Numbered from the stretch's first letter, positions 48,486 to 58,177 are shown. The stretch is 64,000 nt of DNA from Opitutaceae bacterium (GCA_030648295.1 JAUSID010000128.1:5897-69896), one strand, 5' to 3'. Numbers and translations: made by a program. The notes: generated by a model not told the origin, from the letters alone.

Positions 48486-49280
48486 ATGTATCACATCACC
48501 CTGATCAACCTGGCCCCTAACGCCGGTTCGGCTGACGCCGAAGCGCCGAGAATCGACCGGCGCGGGGTCCACGCGGACGAGATGCGGAATCTGCTGGAGA
48601 AGTTTTGTGCCATCGACCCGGTGGAGAATGCCAACGTCGAGCCCGAAATTCGTGTGCAGGTGAGGAGGGAAAGCTACCTCCTGCGGGTCGGGCAGAAGAA
48701 GCTGATTCTGTACGATGTGCTGAATCGCGAGGCGCCGGGGCACATCCTTTCCGTCGACGAGGTGATGGCGGAGCTGGACGGGTCCGCGAGTGCGGCGCGA
48801 AGCATGCCGCCATGGCGTGATTTGTCGGCTGGGTTGGCCGCGAGCGAGCCGGCCGAACCCGGGCTCGCCCACCATCAGGCCCCGATCAATGTCCCGCGAC
48901 GAATCGGCCTGGCCGCACTGGCCGGCGCGCTTCTCATCGCGGTGGGTTACGTGCGCCTGTCCTCACCCGCCGTGGCATTGGCCGGAGCGTACGTGCCCCT
49001 GGCCGCTGCCGATGCCCATGCCACCGGACGCACCCTGGCCGGCGTATACCTGACCGGAACCGAGGCGGGGCAGCACGGGATTGTCGTGAGCGCGACGCGC
49101 GAATTGCGGCTGTTCGAGATGCGCGGCCTCGAGCCGCCTCGCGTGGTCAATGGCAGTTTTGAACCGGTCCGCCTTGGTCCGTCGCTCGCTCTGGCCACGG
49201 ATCAGCCGGGCGGGCTCATCCTGGTCAGGGATCCGGACACGCTGCTGTATTGCGGCGAAACCTACGCGCGGGTGCGCTAG
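48486..49280 (+). CDS. Hypothetical single-pass membrane protein
   Basis: Coherent ORF within the pilin cluster; TM IGLAALAGALLIAVGYV. Confidence 0.65.
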   Translation: MYHITLINLAPNAGSADAEAPRIDRRGVHADEMRNLLEKFCAIDPVENANVEPEIRVQVRRESYLLRVGQKKLILYDVLNREAPGHILSVDEVMAELDGSASAARSMPPWRDLSAGLAASEPAEPGLAHHQAPINVPRRIGLAALAGALLIAVGYVRLSSPAVALAGAYVPLAAADAHATGRTLAGVYLTGTEAGQHGIVVSATRELRLFEMRGLEPPRVVNGSFEPVRLGPSLALATDQPGGLILVRDPDTLLYCGETYARVR

Positions 49281-49287
49281 CCAATCG

Positions 49288-49749
49288 ATGCGAATGTCGC
49301 TTCCAACAAACTCAGCCTGGCGGGAACGGCGGCGCGGGTTCACCATCGCGGAGGTGTCGATGGCGGTGCTCGTGCTGGCGCTGGGCCTCACGACGTCGTT
49401 CGCGGCGATGCAGCGCGCGTTTCTCGATCTCGACACGGCTCGCAGTCTCGACCTCGCCGGCAGCATCATGCAATGCGAGTTGGAAAAGGAGCGGCTGTTC
49501 AACTGGCCGCAGGTCAGTGATGCGACGTATCAGCCGGCGATCGATGCCGCCTTGATGCGCAGTCCGGTGGTGGCCGGCCGGTTCACGCTTTCGCGCGGCG
49601 TGACCGTATTGCCGCAGCGTTCGGGCCAGATGGTCCAGGTGACGCTGACCGTGCAATGGCGCAGCCACGACGGCCGCAATGTGTCACGGAGCTACACCAC
49701 GTACTTTTGCCAGGGGGGACTCCACGATTATTTCTACCCAAATCTTTAA
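49288..49749 (+). CDS. Minor pilin (PilV/GspI-like)
   Basis: RRG|FTIAE prepilin peptidase site plus TM helix. Confidence 0.82.
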   Translation: MRMSLPTNSAWRERRRGFTIAEVSMAVLVLALGLTTSFAAMQRAFLDLDTARSLDLAGSIMQCELEKERLFNWPQVSDATYQPAIDAALMRSPVVAGRFTLSRGVTVLPQRSGQMVQVTLTVQWRSHDGRNVSRSYTTYFCQGGLHDYFYPNL

Positions 49750-50314
49750 CGGGCGGCTCGTCCGCCCGCGGGCCTTCACCCTGGTCGAAGTCATGGTGGC
49801 CTCGGCCATCGGTGGTATCGTGCTGCTCGGGGTCCTCACGACCAACCTGCAGCTGATCCGGAGTGGTATCCGGATTCACCACTACAGCGAAATGCAGGCG
49901 CAGGTGCGGCGCGGCCTCGAACGGCTGGGCGTCGATGCGAAGATCGCAACCGGAATCCGGTGGAACGGCACCAATGACGTGACCCTGACCGTTCCGGACA
50001 GCGGCGGCGGCACCACGCAGGTCACGTATGCTTGGACCGTTGCCACGCAGAGTTTTTTTCTCGTTCCCGGAGCCGACAGCTCGGTGACGGCCGGCCGCGT
50101 TTATCTCGTGCAGGGCATCGCGCCGCTTGCCGACGGCAGTCCCGGAGTGGCGTTTCAGCGCTTCGACCGGGATGGAAGTCCCGCCACCACCGACCTCGCG
50201 ACCAAGCGGATTCTCGTGAGCATGGCGGTGAGCCGGCAGGTGAGTACCATGGCGGCTGCGACGGAAAACGCGGTCGTGGCCAGCTTCACCTTGCGCAACA
50301 AACCGATTGAATGA
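49679..50314 (+). CDS. Minor pilin (PilW/GspJ-like); start uncertain
   Basis: RA|FTLVE prepilin site plus TM helix. Confidence 0.8.
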   Translation: MCHGATPRTFARGDSTIISTQIFNGRLVRPRAFTLVEVMVASAIGGIVLLGVLTTNLQLIRSGIRIHHYSEMQAQVRRGLERLGVDAKIATGIRWNGTNDVTLTVPDSGGGTTQVTYAWTVATQSFFLVPGADSSVTAGRVYLVQGIAPLADGSPGVAFQRFDRDGSPATTDLATKRILVSMAVSRQVSTMAAATENAVVASFTLRNKPIE

Positions 50315-51675
50315 CGTCACGCCGGCACCGAATTCATGGGTCCCCACGGCCTGGCTCCACCGCTCAACGTGGTAGCGTGCTGCTGGTCGCGATCCTCCTC
50401 GTGACGGTGATCGCGATCGGGTTGGTGGGGTATCTCAGCCTCAGTCGCACGTCCGCAAAGCTGGCGCATCGGACATTTTTCGCGAACGACGCGGCCAACC
50501 TCGCCGAAGCCGGGCTGGAGGAGGCAATCTACTGCTTCAACCTGATGGGTTCCGGCACCGTGGCGGCAACGGCGTGGACGGGATGGACGATTTCCGGCAC
50601 GAGTGCCATGCGTACGCTCGCGCCGTTCAACCGGGACCAGAACGGCGTCGGGATCATCAAGGTGTACGTCGAGGGCTACAATGGAACCAACTCGACGCCG
50701 TTCATCATCTCCCAAGCCGCCATCACCCCGTTCGATGGCTCCGCCCCAATCGTCAAGACCCTGCAGGTGGCCCTGAAGAAAGGCGGTGGCCGGAACGACG
50801 GAGTGGTGGGGCTCAATGGACTGACGATGAAGAACGTCACGGCGATCGACAGCTTCAACTCGAATCCCAGCCAGAGTGCGACGGGCCCGTGGCGGCCTTA
50901 CAGTACGACCATCGCGACCGCCAATGCGCCGGTGGTCGTGGCGGATGGCACGGTCAACCTGGGCACCGGCAAGATCTTCGGCACGCTCAGCCTTGGGCCC
51001 GGCGTCGCGTCGCCGGCCGCCAGCCAGGTCACCGGCGGCATCCTGACCAACGTCAGCTATGCGTATTCGCTTCCCACCTACCCAACCCCGACCTCGGTCA
51101 GTCAAGGTTACAACGTTGGGGGCACGCTGCCGGTGACGCTGCCGGTGGCCGGCCATCTGCCGGCCTCCGACGGACGCTACTACTATTTCACCACGGACGA
51201 TATTGCTGCCGTCACGATCACGGCCGGCAGGAACGTGACGATCGTGGGCACGAGCTCGAAGCTGACTTCCGGTCTGGCCCTCGAGGCCGGCGCCACCTGC
51301 GAAATCTACATCGATGGCCCTGTTACCCTGACCAAGGGACGCGACATCACGAACAGCGATTGGGCGGGCGCCCTGCAAATTTACACCACCGCCACCGGCA
51401 ACTGTAATATCGGCGACAAGAGCCAGTTTGTCGGCTGTCTCTATGCCCCCTATGCGGCCCTTCACGCCAACGGCAACGACCCCACGAACATGATCGTCGG
51501 AATGTTTGTGGCCCAGACCATCACAATCTCCGGCAATTTCGACATTCACTACGACGAAGCGCTGAGAGCCATCTCCAGCACGGGCAATGCGTGGGTGGTG
51601 ACTTCCTGGTTCGACCGGCAAAGCGCCGCCGACCGAAGTGCGGTGGCAGGGCTGACGAACAATTTCCTGCCCTGA
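50311..51675 (+). CDS. PilX/GspK-like tip pilin with large C-terminal beta-rich domain
   Basis: QRG|SVLLV, LAEAGLEEA; Thr/Gly-rich C-terminal domain ending DIHYDEAL. Confidence 0.78.
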   Translation: MTSRRHRIHGSPRPGSTAQRGSVLLVAILLVTVIAIGLVGYLSLSRTSAKLAHRTFFANDAANLAEAGLEEAIYCFNLMGSGTVAATAWTGWTISGTSAMRTLAPFNRDQNGVGIIKVYVEGYNGTNSTPFIISQAAITPFDGSAPIVKTLQVALKKGGGRNDGVVGLNGLTMKNVTAIDSFNSNPSQSATGPWRPYSTTIATANAPVVVADGTVNLGTGKIFGTLSLGPGVASPAASQVTGGILTNVSYAYSLPTYPTPTSVSQGYNVGGTLPVTLPVAGHLPASDGRYYYFTTDDIAAVTITAGRNVTIVGTSSKLTSGLALEAGATCEIYIDGPVTLTKGRDITNSDWAGALQIYTTATGNCNIGDKSQFVGCLYAPYAALHANGNDPTNMIVGMFVAQTITISGNFDIHYDEALRAISSTGNAWVVTSWFDRQSAADRSAVAGLTNNFLP

Positions 51676-51709
51676 GGCGCGGCGGCGGGCGGCCGCGCCA
51701 AGGCGATGC

Positions 51710-54700
51710 TCACCGGAAATCGTGCGAGGCCTGGGCGGGGAGCGCGACCTCGGTGAGCGCTTCGATCTTTTCGGCCTTCACGTGAATCACGCCGTGCTGA
51801 TTCTGGAGCTTGCCGGTGATCTTCAGCGCCGGTTCCTGCGTCACAACCAGCCGGCGGGCCTCGAACAATTTCGGCACCACGATGACGTTCGCGATTCCCG
51901 TCTCGTCCTCGAGGCTGATGAACACGAAACCTTTCGCCGTGCCCGGCCGCTGGCGGCAGATCACCGACCCCGCGACGATCACGCGTTCACTGTCGCGACC
52001 GACCGTGAGATCACTCGCGCGCCAGATGTCGGGGAGTTGCGGACGGACGAGTGCCATCGGATGCACGCCGACCGTGAGTTCGAGACCCGTGAAGTCGGCG
52101 CGGAAGCGCTCGGGCAGCGTCATCGGTGCGAGCGGCCCTGGGGGCGCGGGCGTCTCGCCCGCATTGCCTGAAACGGCCGCCAGGACGTTCGCGTCGCCAA
52201 TGTCGCCGAAATGCCGGAACAACGCTTCGTCCTCCGACCACGCCGCCTCGACCTGCCACAGCGCGGCGCGTCGATGCGCTGCGAGCGCATTCAGCGCGCC
52301 GACGGCGGCGAGCGCACGCCGCTCCGCCGGATTGAAATTCGTCCGCCGCAGGAAATCGTCGATTGAACTGAACGCGCGCTCCGCTCGCGCGGCAAGCATC
52401 GCGTGTGCGGGCGCCTCGCGCAGTCCCTTCACGTAGCGCAATCCGATCCGAATCGTGTCGGCCGACTCGACCGTGCAGTTCCAGTCCGACGAAGCCACGC
52501 ACACCGGTTTCGCCTTCAGCCCGTGTCGGCGGCCGTCCTGGAGGATGGTCGCGGGCGAGTAGAAGCCCATCGGCTGGTTGTTCAGCAGGCTGGCGGTGAA
52601 CTCCGCCGGGCGATGCACCTTCAGCCAGGTGCTCGCGTAGGCGAGCAACGCGAAGCTGAGCGCGTGTGACTCGGGAAACCCGTAGGCCGCGAACGAGAGC
52701 GCCGATTCGCTCACTTTTTTCACCACGCTCTCGTTGCGGCCTTTCGCGCGCAATGCGGCGCAGAGTTTCGCCAGCGCCCGGTCGAGGCGCGACGTGTTCT
52801 TGGTGAACCCCATCGCCCGGCGGAGTTCCTCCGCTTCGGAACCGGTGAAATCGGCCAGCCGCATCGCCAGTTCGAGCATCTGCTCCTGGAACAGAATCAC
52901 GCCCATCGTTCGCTCCAGGATTGGCCGAACAATCGGTGCGACGCTCGGATCGATGAAATCCGGCTCCTCGAGCTTGTTTCGCCGACGAATGAGGGGATGC
53001 GCGAGGTTGCCGACAATCGGGCCCGGCCGCACAATCGCGACCTGCATCGCCACGTCGTAGAAGCAGGCCGGCCGCATGCGCGGAAGCGACGCCATCTGGG
53101 CCCGGCTCTCGATCTGGAACACGCCAATTGTGTCCGCTTTTTGCATCGCCGCGAAGGTCTCCGGGTCGTCCTGGGGAATCGAATACAGCTCCAGCGGCTG
53201 CCCGCGGTCCGCGCAGAGTTTGAACGTGTCCTGGAGCACGGCCATCATGCCGAGTCCCAGGAAGTCGACCTTCACGATCCCGAGCTCCTCGCAGTCGTCC
53301 TTGTCCCACTGGCCGACGACGCGGCCGGGCATGGACGCGTTTTCCAGCGGCACCACGCGATCGAGCTGGCCCTGCGAGATGATCATGCCGCCCGAATGCT
53401 GGCCGAGATGGCGCGGCAGCCCATGGATCTGTTGATACAGGACGTGTAACGCCGCGGCCCGCGGGTGTTTTTTCGCGATGCCCGACATCGCGAGCTGTTG
53501 CTGCAACTCGAGCGTCTCGGGAAAATCGCCGTTCGCATAGAGGCTCGAAAACCGGTCGAGGGCGTCATCGCCGAAGCCGAGGACCTTGCCGATTTCGCGC
53601 ACGGTGCTGCGTCCGCGGTACGTGATCACGTTTGCGGTCATCGCCGCGCCGCGCGGCTGGTAGCGCTCGTACACGCGCTGGATGATCCGCTCGCGCAGGT
53701 CGCCGCTGGGCAAATCTAGATCGATGTCCGGCCACGACGGATGGCCGTCGCGGCCGACGCGACCCTCGCTGAGGAACCGTTCGAAGAGCAGCCGGTTCGC
53801 AATCGGGTCGACGGCGGTGATGCCGAGCACGTAGCAGACGATGCTGTTCGCGGCGCTGCCGCGACCCTGCACGAGAATGTCGTTTTCGCGGGCGAACCGG
53901 CAGATGTCCCAGACGATGAGAAAATAGCCGCTGAACCCGAGCTTCGTAATCAGCGCGAGCTCCTTTTCGATCTTTTCGCGGATTGGCGGCGTGAGCGCGC
54001 CATAGCGGCGGATGGCGCAGTCGAAGGCGAGCTCACGCAGGAACACGTGCATCGGCTTTCCGTCCGGCGTCGGGTAATCGGGAAACTTGTAGCCCAGGTC
54101 GCGCAGCGTGAACTCCAGTCGCTGCTCCAGTCGCACCGTGTTGGCGATGGCTTCCGGCCAGTCGCGGAACCGCTCCTGCATGTCACGCGGCGATTTCAGG
54201 TGACGTTCGTTGTTGATCGCGAGCCGGCGGCCCGCGACGTCAAGGGTGGTGTGCAGTCTCAGACAGGTGAATACATCGGCCGCGGCGCGGAGCGCTGGCA
54301 CCGCGTAGTTGACGCCGCCGGTCGCGAGTAGCGGCAGCTGGTGCGCGGCCGCGAGATCGGTGAGGAAGGCGAGCTCGCGTTCCTCGCCCCGGATCCGCTG
54401 CCGCTGCAACTCGACGTACAGGCGGTCGCGCCCGAAAATCCCGAGCAGCTTTCGGAGCGCATCACCGGCGGCGCCGGCACCAGCGGCGGCCCAGGCACGG
54501 CGAACGGGTCCCTCCTCGTCGCCCGTGAGCGCGATCAATCCCTCCGCGTAACGTGCGAGTTCCTCCCACGTGGCGAAGCACGGGCGTTTGCGTTCGCGCG
54601 GATCGGCAAAGTGGCTGCGGCTTCCCCGTTCGACGAGCCTCTCGGCCAGCTCGAGGCCTCGAGCCTGCCGAGGGGCAGCCGCAGAGTCTTGGGGATCAGC

Positions 54701-55036
54701 GGCTGGAAGCCGCTGCCACTGATCGACCAATCCCGCCGGCCGCTCGACGAGCTTCGCCTCCGTGATCAGCTGGCACAGATTCTGGTACCCCGTGCGGTTG
54801 GTCACGAGCAGCGGGACGACGCTGCCGTCCGCCATCGTGATCTCGGCGCCGACGCGCGGCCGGAGGTGGTGTTCACTCGCGGGTCCGTAAAGTCGCGGCG
54901 CGCCGTACACGCCGTCGCGATCGAGCAGCGCGAGGGCGGGCAGTTCGACTTCAACCGCGCGCCGCACGAGCTCCTCCGGATTGGAGGCTCCGCGCAAAAA
55001 GCTGAACGCGCTGCGGGCGTGAAGCTCGATGTACAT
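51710..55036 (-). CDS. dnaE2: Error-prone DNA polymerase DnaE2
   Basis: ELHARSAFSFLRG, QGRGSAANS, PDIDLD, YGFPESHA, LLNNQPMGFYSP, RQRPGTAKG, C-terminal SHDFR. Confidence 0.95.
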   Translation of the reverse strand: MYIELHARSAFSFLRGASNPEELVRRAVEVELPALALLDRDGVYGAPRLYGPASEHHLRPRVGAEITMADGSVVPLLVTNRTGYQNLCQLITEAKLVERPAGLVDQWQRLPAADPQDSAAAPRQARGLELAERLVERGSRSHFADPRERKRPCFATWEELARYAEGLIALTGDEEGPVRRAWAAAGAGAAGDALRKLLGIFGRDRLYVELQRQRIRGEERELAFLTDLAAAHQLPLLATGGVNYAVPALRAAADVFTCLRLHTTLDVAGRRLAINNERHLKSPRDMQERFRDWPEAIANTVRLEQRLEFTLRDLGYKFPDYPTPDGKPMHVFLRELAFDCAIRRYGALTPPIREKIEKELALITKLGFSGYFLIVWDICRFARENDILVQGRGSAANSIVCYVLGITAVDPIANRLLFERFLSEGRVGRDGHPSWPDIDLDLPSGDLRERIIQRVYERYQPRGAAMTANVITYRGRSTVREIGKVLGFGDDALDRFSSLYANGDFPETLELQQQLAMSGIAKKHPRAAALHVLYQQIHGLPRHLGQHSGGMIISQGQLDRVVPLENASMPGRVVGQWDKDDCEELGIVKVDFLGLGMMAVLQDTFKLCADRGQPLELYSIPQDDPETFAAMQKADTIGVFQIESRAQMASLPRMRPACFYDVAMQVAIVRPGPIVGNLAHPLIRRRNKLEEPDFIDPSVAPIVRPILERTMGVILFQEQMLELAMRLADFTGSEAEELRRAMGFTKNTSRLDRALAKLCAALRAKGRNESVVKKVSESALSFAAYGFPESHALSFALLAYASTWLKVHRPAEFTASLLNNQPMGFYSPATILQDGRRHGLKAKPVCVASSDWNCTVESADTIRIGLRYVKGLREAPAHAMLAARAERAFSSIDDFLRRTNFNPAERRALAAVGALNALAAHRRAALWQVEAAWSEDEALFRHFGDIGDANVLAAVSGNAGETPAPPGPLAPMTLPERFRADFTGLELTVGVHPMALVRPQLPDIWRASDLTVGRDSERVIVAGSVICRQRPGTAKGFVFISLEDETGIANVIVVPKLFEARRLVVTQEPALKITGKLQNQHGVIHVKAEKIEALTEVALPAQASHDFR

Positions 55037-55175
55037 AAAGGACTAAGGGACTAAGGGACCAAAGGACTAAAAGACTAAGAGACTAAAGGACTAAAGGACG
55101 AACGGAGAACCGAAGAAACATCAAATGAGAGGAGTTTTGTCTTTTGGTCCCTTGGTCCTTTGGTCTTTTGGTCTC
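55037..55175. repeat. Octamer tandem repeats in inverted arrangement
   Basis: 8 x AA(A/G)(G/A)GAC(T/C)-like units at 55037-55100 facing ttttggtc-ccttggtc-ctttggtc-ttttggtc at about 55141-55173. Confidence 0.85.
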
Positions 55176-55178
55176 TGC

Positions 55179-55844
55179 ATGTCTTGGATCGATCAGCCAA
55201 TCTTCTTCATTGATTTCGAGGGCAGTCGCGCCTCGGGCATCCTCGAATTCGGGGTGGTGACGATACAGGGCGGGCGAATCACCGCGACGCGGACGGGTTT
55301 GTGCGCGCCCACGGGGGACGTACGGCCGGAGGATGTGGCGGTGCACGGCCTCAACGTGGAAAAGCTCACCGGCCATGCCCCGTTCGTGGACGAATGGGAA
55401 TATTTCGCGACTCTGCGCGAGCACGGCCCCCTCGCCGCCCACTACGCGGGGGTCGAAAATGCCCTGCTGAAATCCGTGTGGCCGTATCCGCGCAACTCGC
55501 CCGACTTCGCGCGCCCCGGCGAACGCGTCATCGACTGGGGCCCCTGGATCGACACGGCGCGGATTTACGCGCAGCTGTATCCACAATTCACCTCCGGAGG
55601 GCTGGGGGAACTCGTCGCGGCCGCGGGGTTGCAGCCGGAGCTCCAGCAGCTGGCGATCGTGCATTGCCCGTCGGAGCGGTGCCGGTATCACTCCGCCCTT
55701 TATGACGCGCTGGCGGGCGCGGTGCTGCTGCGGGCGATTGCCCGAGACCCGCAGCTGGCGCGTCTTTCCATCATGCAGCTGCTGGCACTGAGCACGTTGA
55801 ACGGGACGAAACGTGACGCGCTCCAGCAGCGCGAATTATTTTGA
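55179..55844 (+). CDS. DEDD-family 3'-5' exonuclease (Pol III epsilon-like)
   Basis: IDFE, AAHYAGVE, WIDT, HSALYDA. Confidence 0.82.
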   Translation: MSWIDQPIFFIDFEGSRASGILEFGVVTIQGGRITATRTGLCAPTGDVRPEDVAVHGLNVEKLTGHAPFVDEWEYFATLREHGPLAAHYAGVENALLKSVWPYPRNSPDFARPGERVIDWGPWIDTARIYAQLYPQFTSGGLGELVAAAGLQPELQQLAIVHCPSERCRYHSALYDALAGAVLLRAIARDPQLARLSIMQLLALSTLNGTKRDALQQRELF

Positions 55845-56038
55845 AGAAGCGGAAGAAGCGGAAGAAGCGGAAGACGGAGAAGAACGCGAGAACGCGAGAG
55901 GGAAGACACGGAAGACACGGAAGACGGAGAAGACGGAGAAGAACGCGAGAACGCGAGACGGGTGGAAGACTTGGAAGACCATGAGAACGCGAGAACGCGA
56001 GAGGGGTGGAAGACTATGAGAACGCGAGAACGCGAGAC
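55843..56038. repeat. Purine-rich mosaic tandem repeat
   Basis: GAAGAAGCG x3, GAAGACGGA, GAAGACACG x2, paired GAACGCGA units occurring four times. Confidence 0.85.
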
Positions 56039-56151
56039 GTCGGAGATGGATCGAAGACGCGGCACGGCTGAGGACGCGAGATGCTGGATCCGAGGATTTT
56101 TTCTGTAACTTTTGTGTTGGCTGCGGGGTTTATGCTGCAACCCAGACTTGC

Positions 56152-56522
56152 ATGACTCCTTCTCTTCGCCTGCTGTTCGCGGCCGGACTCCTTGCGTTGC
56201 CCGCCATCGATGCCCTCTCGGCCATCGAACGTGTCGTCGAGAAAACATTCAGTGTCGCGGCTGCCGGCAATCTGCACGTCGAAACCCAGGGCGGCGCCAT
56301 TCAGGTCGACCCGGCTTCCGATTCGGTCGTGAAGATCACCGCGCGGCAAAGGATTCGCGCCAATAGCGATGCCGAGGCGGATGAGCTGTTGAAGAAGCTC
56401 GAATTCACTTTCGAGCAAGCCGGCAACGACGTGCGCGTCGTTTGGTGGGTTTGGTCAACGGCGGCGGACCGGAGCTGAAGCTGCGCGCGAGTGGTGGCGG
56501 GATCGCCGTCCAAGTGCGGTAG
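56152..56522 (+). pseudogene. DUF4097-like exported protein with large internal deletion
   Basis: N-terminus VEKTFSV...VETQGGAI joined out of frame to C-terminus VNGGGPELKLRASGGGI-stop (56442-56522). Confidence 0.7.
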
Positions 56523-56662
56523 CAGCCTGTTGGACCGGCCAACGCAGTGTGAGCGATTCGCGCGATCTTGTACCGGCTGCTTTTGCCGCGCGGTGCGGGG
56601 CCGCCTCCAGCGTTCAACACAACGTGCTGGCGTCGATCGGCGACTGCCATTCAATCCGCGGC

Positions 56663-58177
56663 ATGACCACGCCAATGCCGTTCGCGGAATTGCTCCCGTT
56701 GTTAAAGCGGGCGCACACGCTCAGCACGATTGGCGAGCTGCTCGGGTGGGATGAGCAGGTGAACCTGCCGCCCGGGGCCGCGGAGCAGCGGGCGGCCCAG
56801 CACTCGGCCATGGCGGAGGTGGTGCACGCGGCTGCCAGTGCGCCGCGGATGGGAGAACTGCTGTCGCAACTCGAGGCGACTCCGGAGCTGTCAGCCGAAA
56901 CACAGGCCGTCGTGCGGGAAGCCCGGCGCGATTACGATCGCGCGACGAAACTGCCGCCCGATTTCGTTCGCGAAAAGGCGGCCCAGGGCAGCCGCGGATT
57001 TCATGCCTGGGCCCGGGCGAAGGCAGGCGACGATTTCGCGAGCTATGCGCCGTTCCTCGAAAAAAACCTGGAGCTCGCGCGCCGCGAAGCGGCTTACCTC
57101 GGACACGGGGATAGCCCATACGATTACATGCTCGATAAACACGACCCCGGGGTCACGGCCGCGGCCGTTGATCGCCTGTTCACCGAGCTGAAGCGCGACC
57201 TTGTGCCGCTCGTTCGCGCAATCGTCGCCTCGCCGATCGCGGCACGCGCGCGCGCCGCCGGTGAGCGACTTCGAGGTTTTCCCATCAACGCGCAACAGAT
57301 GTTCCTGCGCGAAGTCACCGGGCGGATTGGCTTCGATTATCAGCGCGGTCGAATCGATGTGTCGCTGCATCCGTTCTGCTCCGGCACCGGAAGCGACGTG
57401 CGGATGACGACACGATACCAGGAGGATCAGCCCCTCGACGCGCTGTTCAGTTCGATTCACGAAACGGGTCACGGGCTTTATGAGCAGGGATTACCGGCGG
57501 AACATCTTGGCAACGCGCTCGGTATCCATGCCGGCATGGCAATGCATGAGTCGCAGAGCCGGCTGTGGGAAAACCAGGTGGCGCGCAGCCGCGGTTTCTG
57601 GCGCTTCTTCGAGCCGCGCTGGCGCGAATTGTTTCCGGCGCCGACGCGCGAGGTGAGTTCGGAGGATCTCTATCTGGCCATCAACGCCGTCGAGCCGACG
57701 CTGATTCGCGTCGATGCGGACGAAGTCACCTACAATCTCCACATCATCCTCCGCTTCGAAATCGAGAAGCGGCTCTTCACCGGCGAACTGCCGGTGCGCG
57801 ATCTCCCGGCCGCGTGGCGGGTGGCATCGCGGGAACTGATCGGATTGGAACCGGCGACCGACCGCGAAGGCGTGCTCCAGGACGTGCACTGGAGCGATGG
57901 CGCGTTCGGATATTTCCCGAGCTATTGCCTCGGCAACATGATTGCGGCGCAGCTGTGGTATCGCGTGCTGGAGCTGCGGCCGGCGATCGAGGAGGATTTC
58001 GCGCGGGGCGACTTTCGCTGGCTGCTCGACTGGCTGCGCGAAAACGTCCACGCGCAGGGTCGCCGATTCAGGGCACTCGAACTCGTCCGCCGGGTGACCG
58101 GTCAGGAGTTGTCGCCAAAACACCTGACGCGTTATTTGCGCGAGCGGTATGGCGGGCTGTATGGGGTTCATCCATGA
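56663..58177 (+). CDS. Carboxypeptidase, M32 family
   Basis: LLGWDEQ, HPFC, HETGH, HESQS, IRVDADE, LQDVHW, YFPSY. Confidence 0.95.
   Translation: MTTPMPFAELLPLLKRAHTLSTIGELLGWDEQVNLPPGAAEQRAAQHSAMAEVVHAAASAPRMGELLSQLEATPELSAETQAVVREARRDYDRATKLPPDFVREKAAQGSRGFHAWARAKAGDDFASYAPFLEKNLELARREAAYLGHGDSPYDYMLDKHDPGVTAAAVDRLFTELKRDLVPLVRAIVASPIAARARAAGERLRGFPINAQQMFLREVTGRIGFDYQRGRIDVSLHPFCSGTGSDVRMTTRYQEDQPLDALFSSIHETGHGLYEQGLPAEHLGNALGIHAGMAMHESQSRLWENQVARSRGFWRFFEPRWRELFPAPTREVSSEDLYLAINAVEPTLIRVDADEVTYNLHIILRFEIEKRLFTGELPVRDLPAAWRVASRELIGLEPATDREGVLQDVHWSDGAFGYFPSYCLGNMIAAQLWYRVLELRPAIEEDFARGDFRWLLDWLRENVHAQGRRFRALELVRRVTGQELSPKHLTRYLRERYGGLYGVHP

Noticed and set aside
55843-56038. Possible CRISPR array
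   Set aside because: Units are 8-9 bp and contiguous with no unique spacers; no cas genes nearby.
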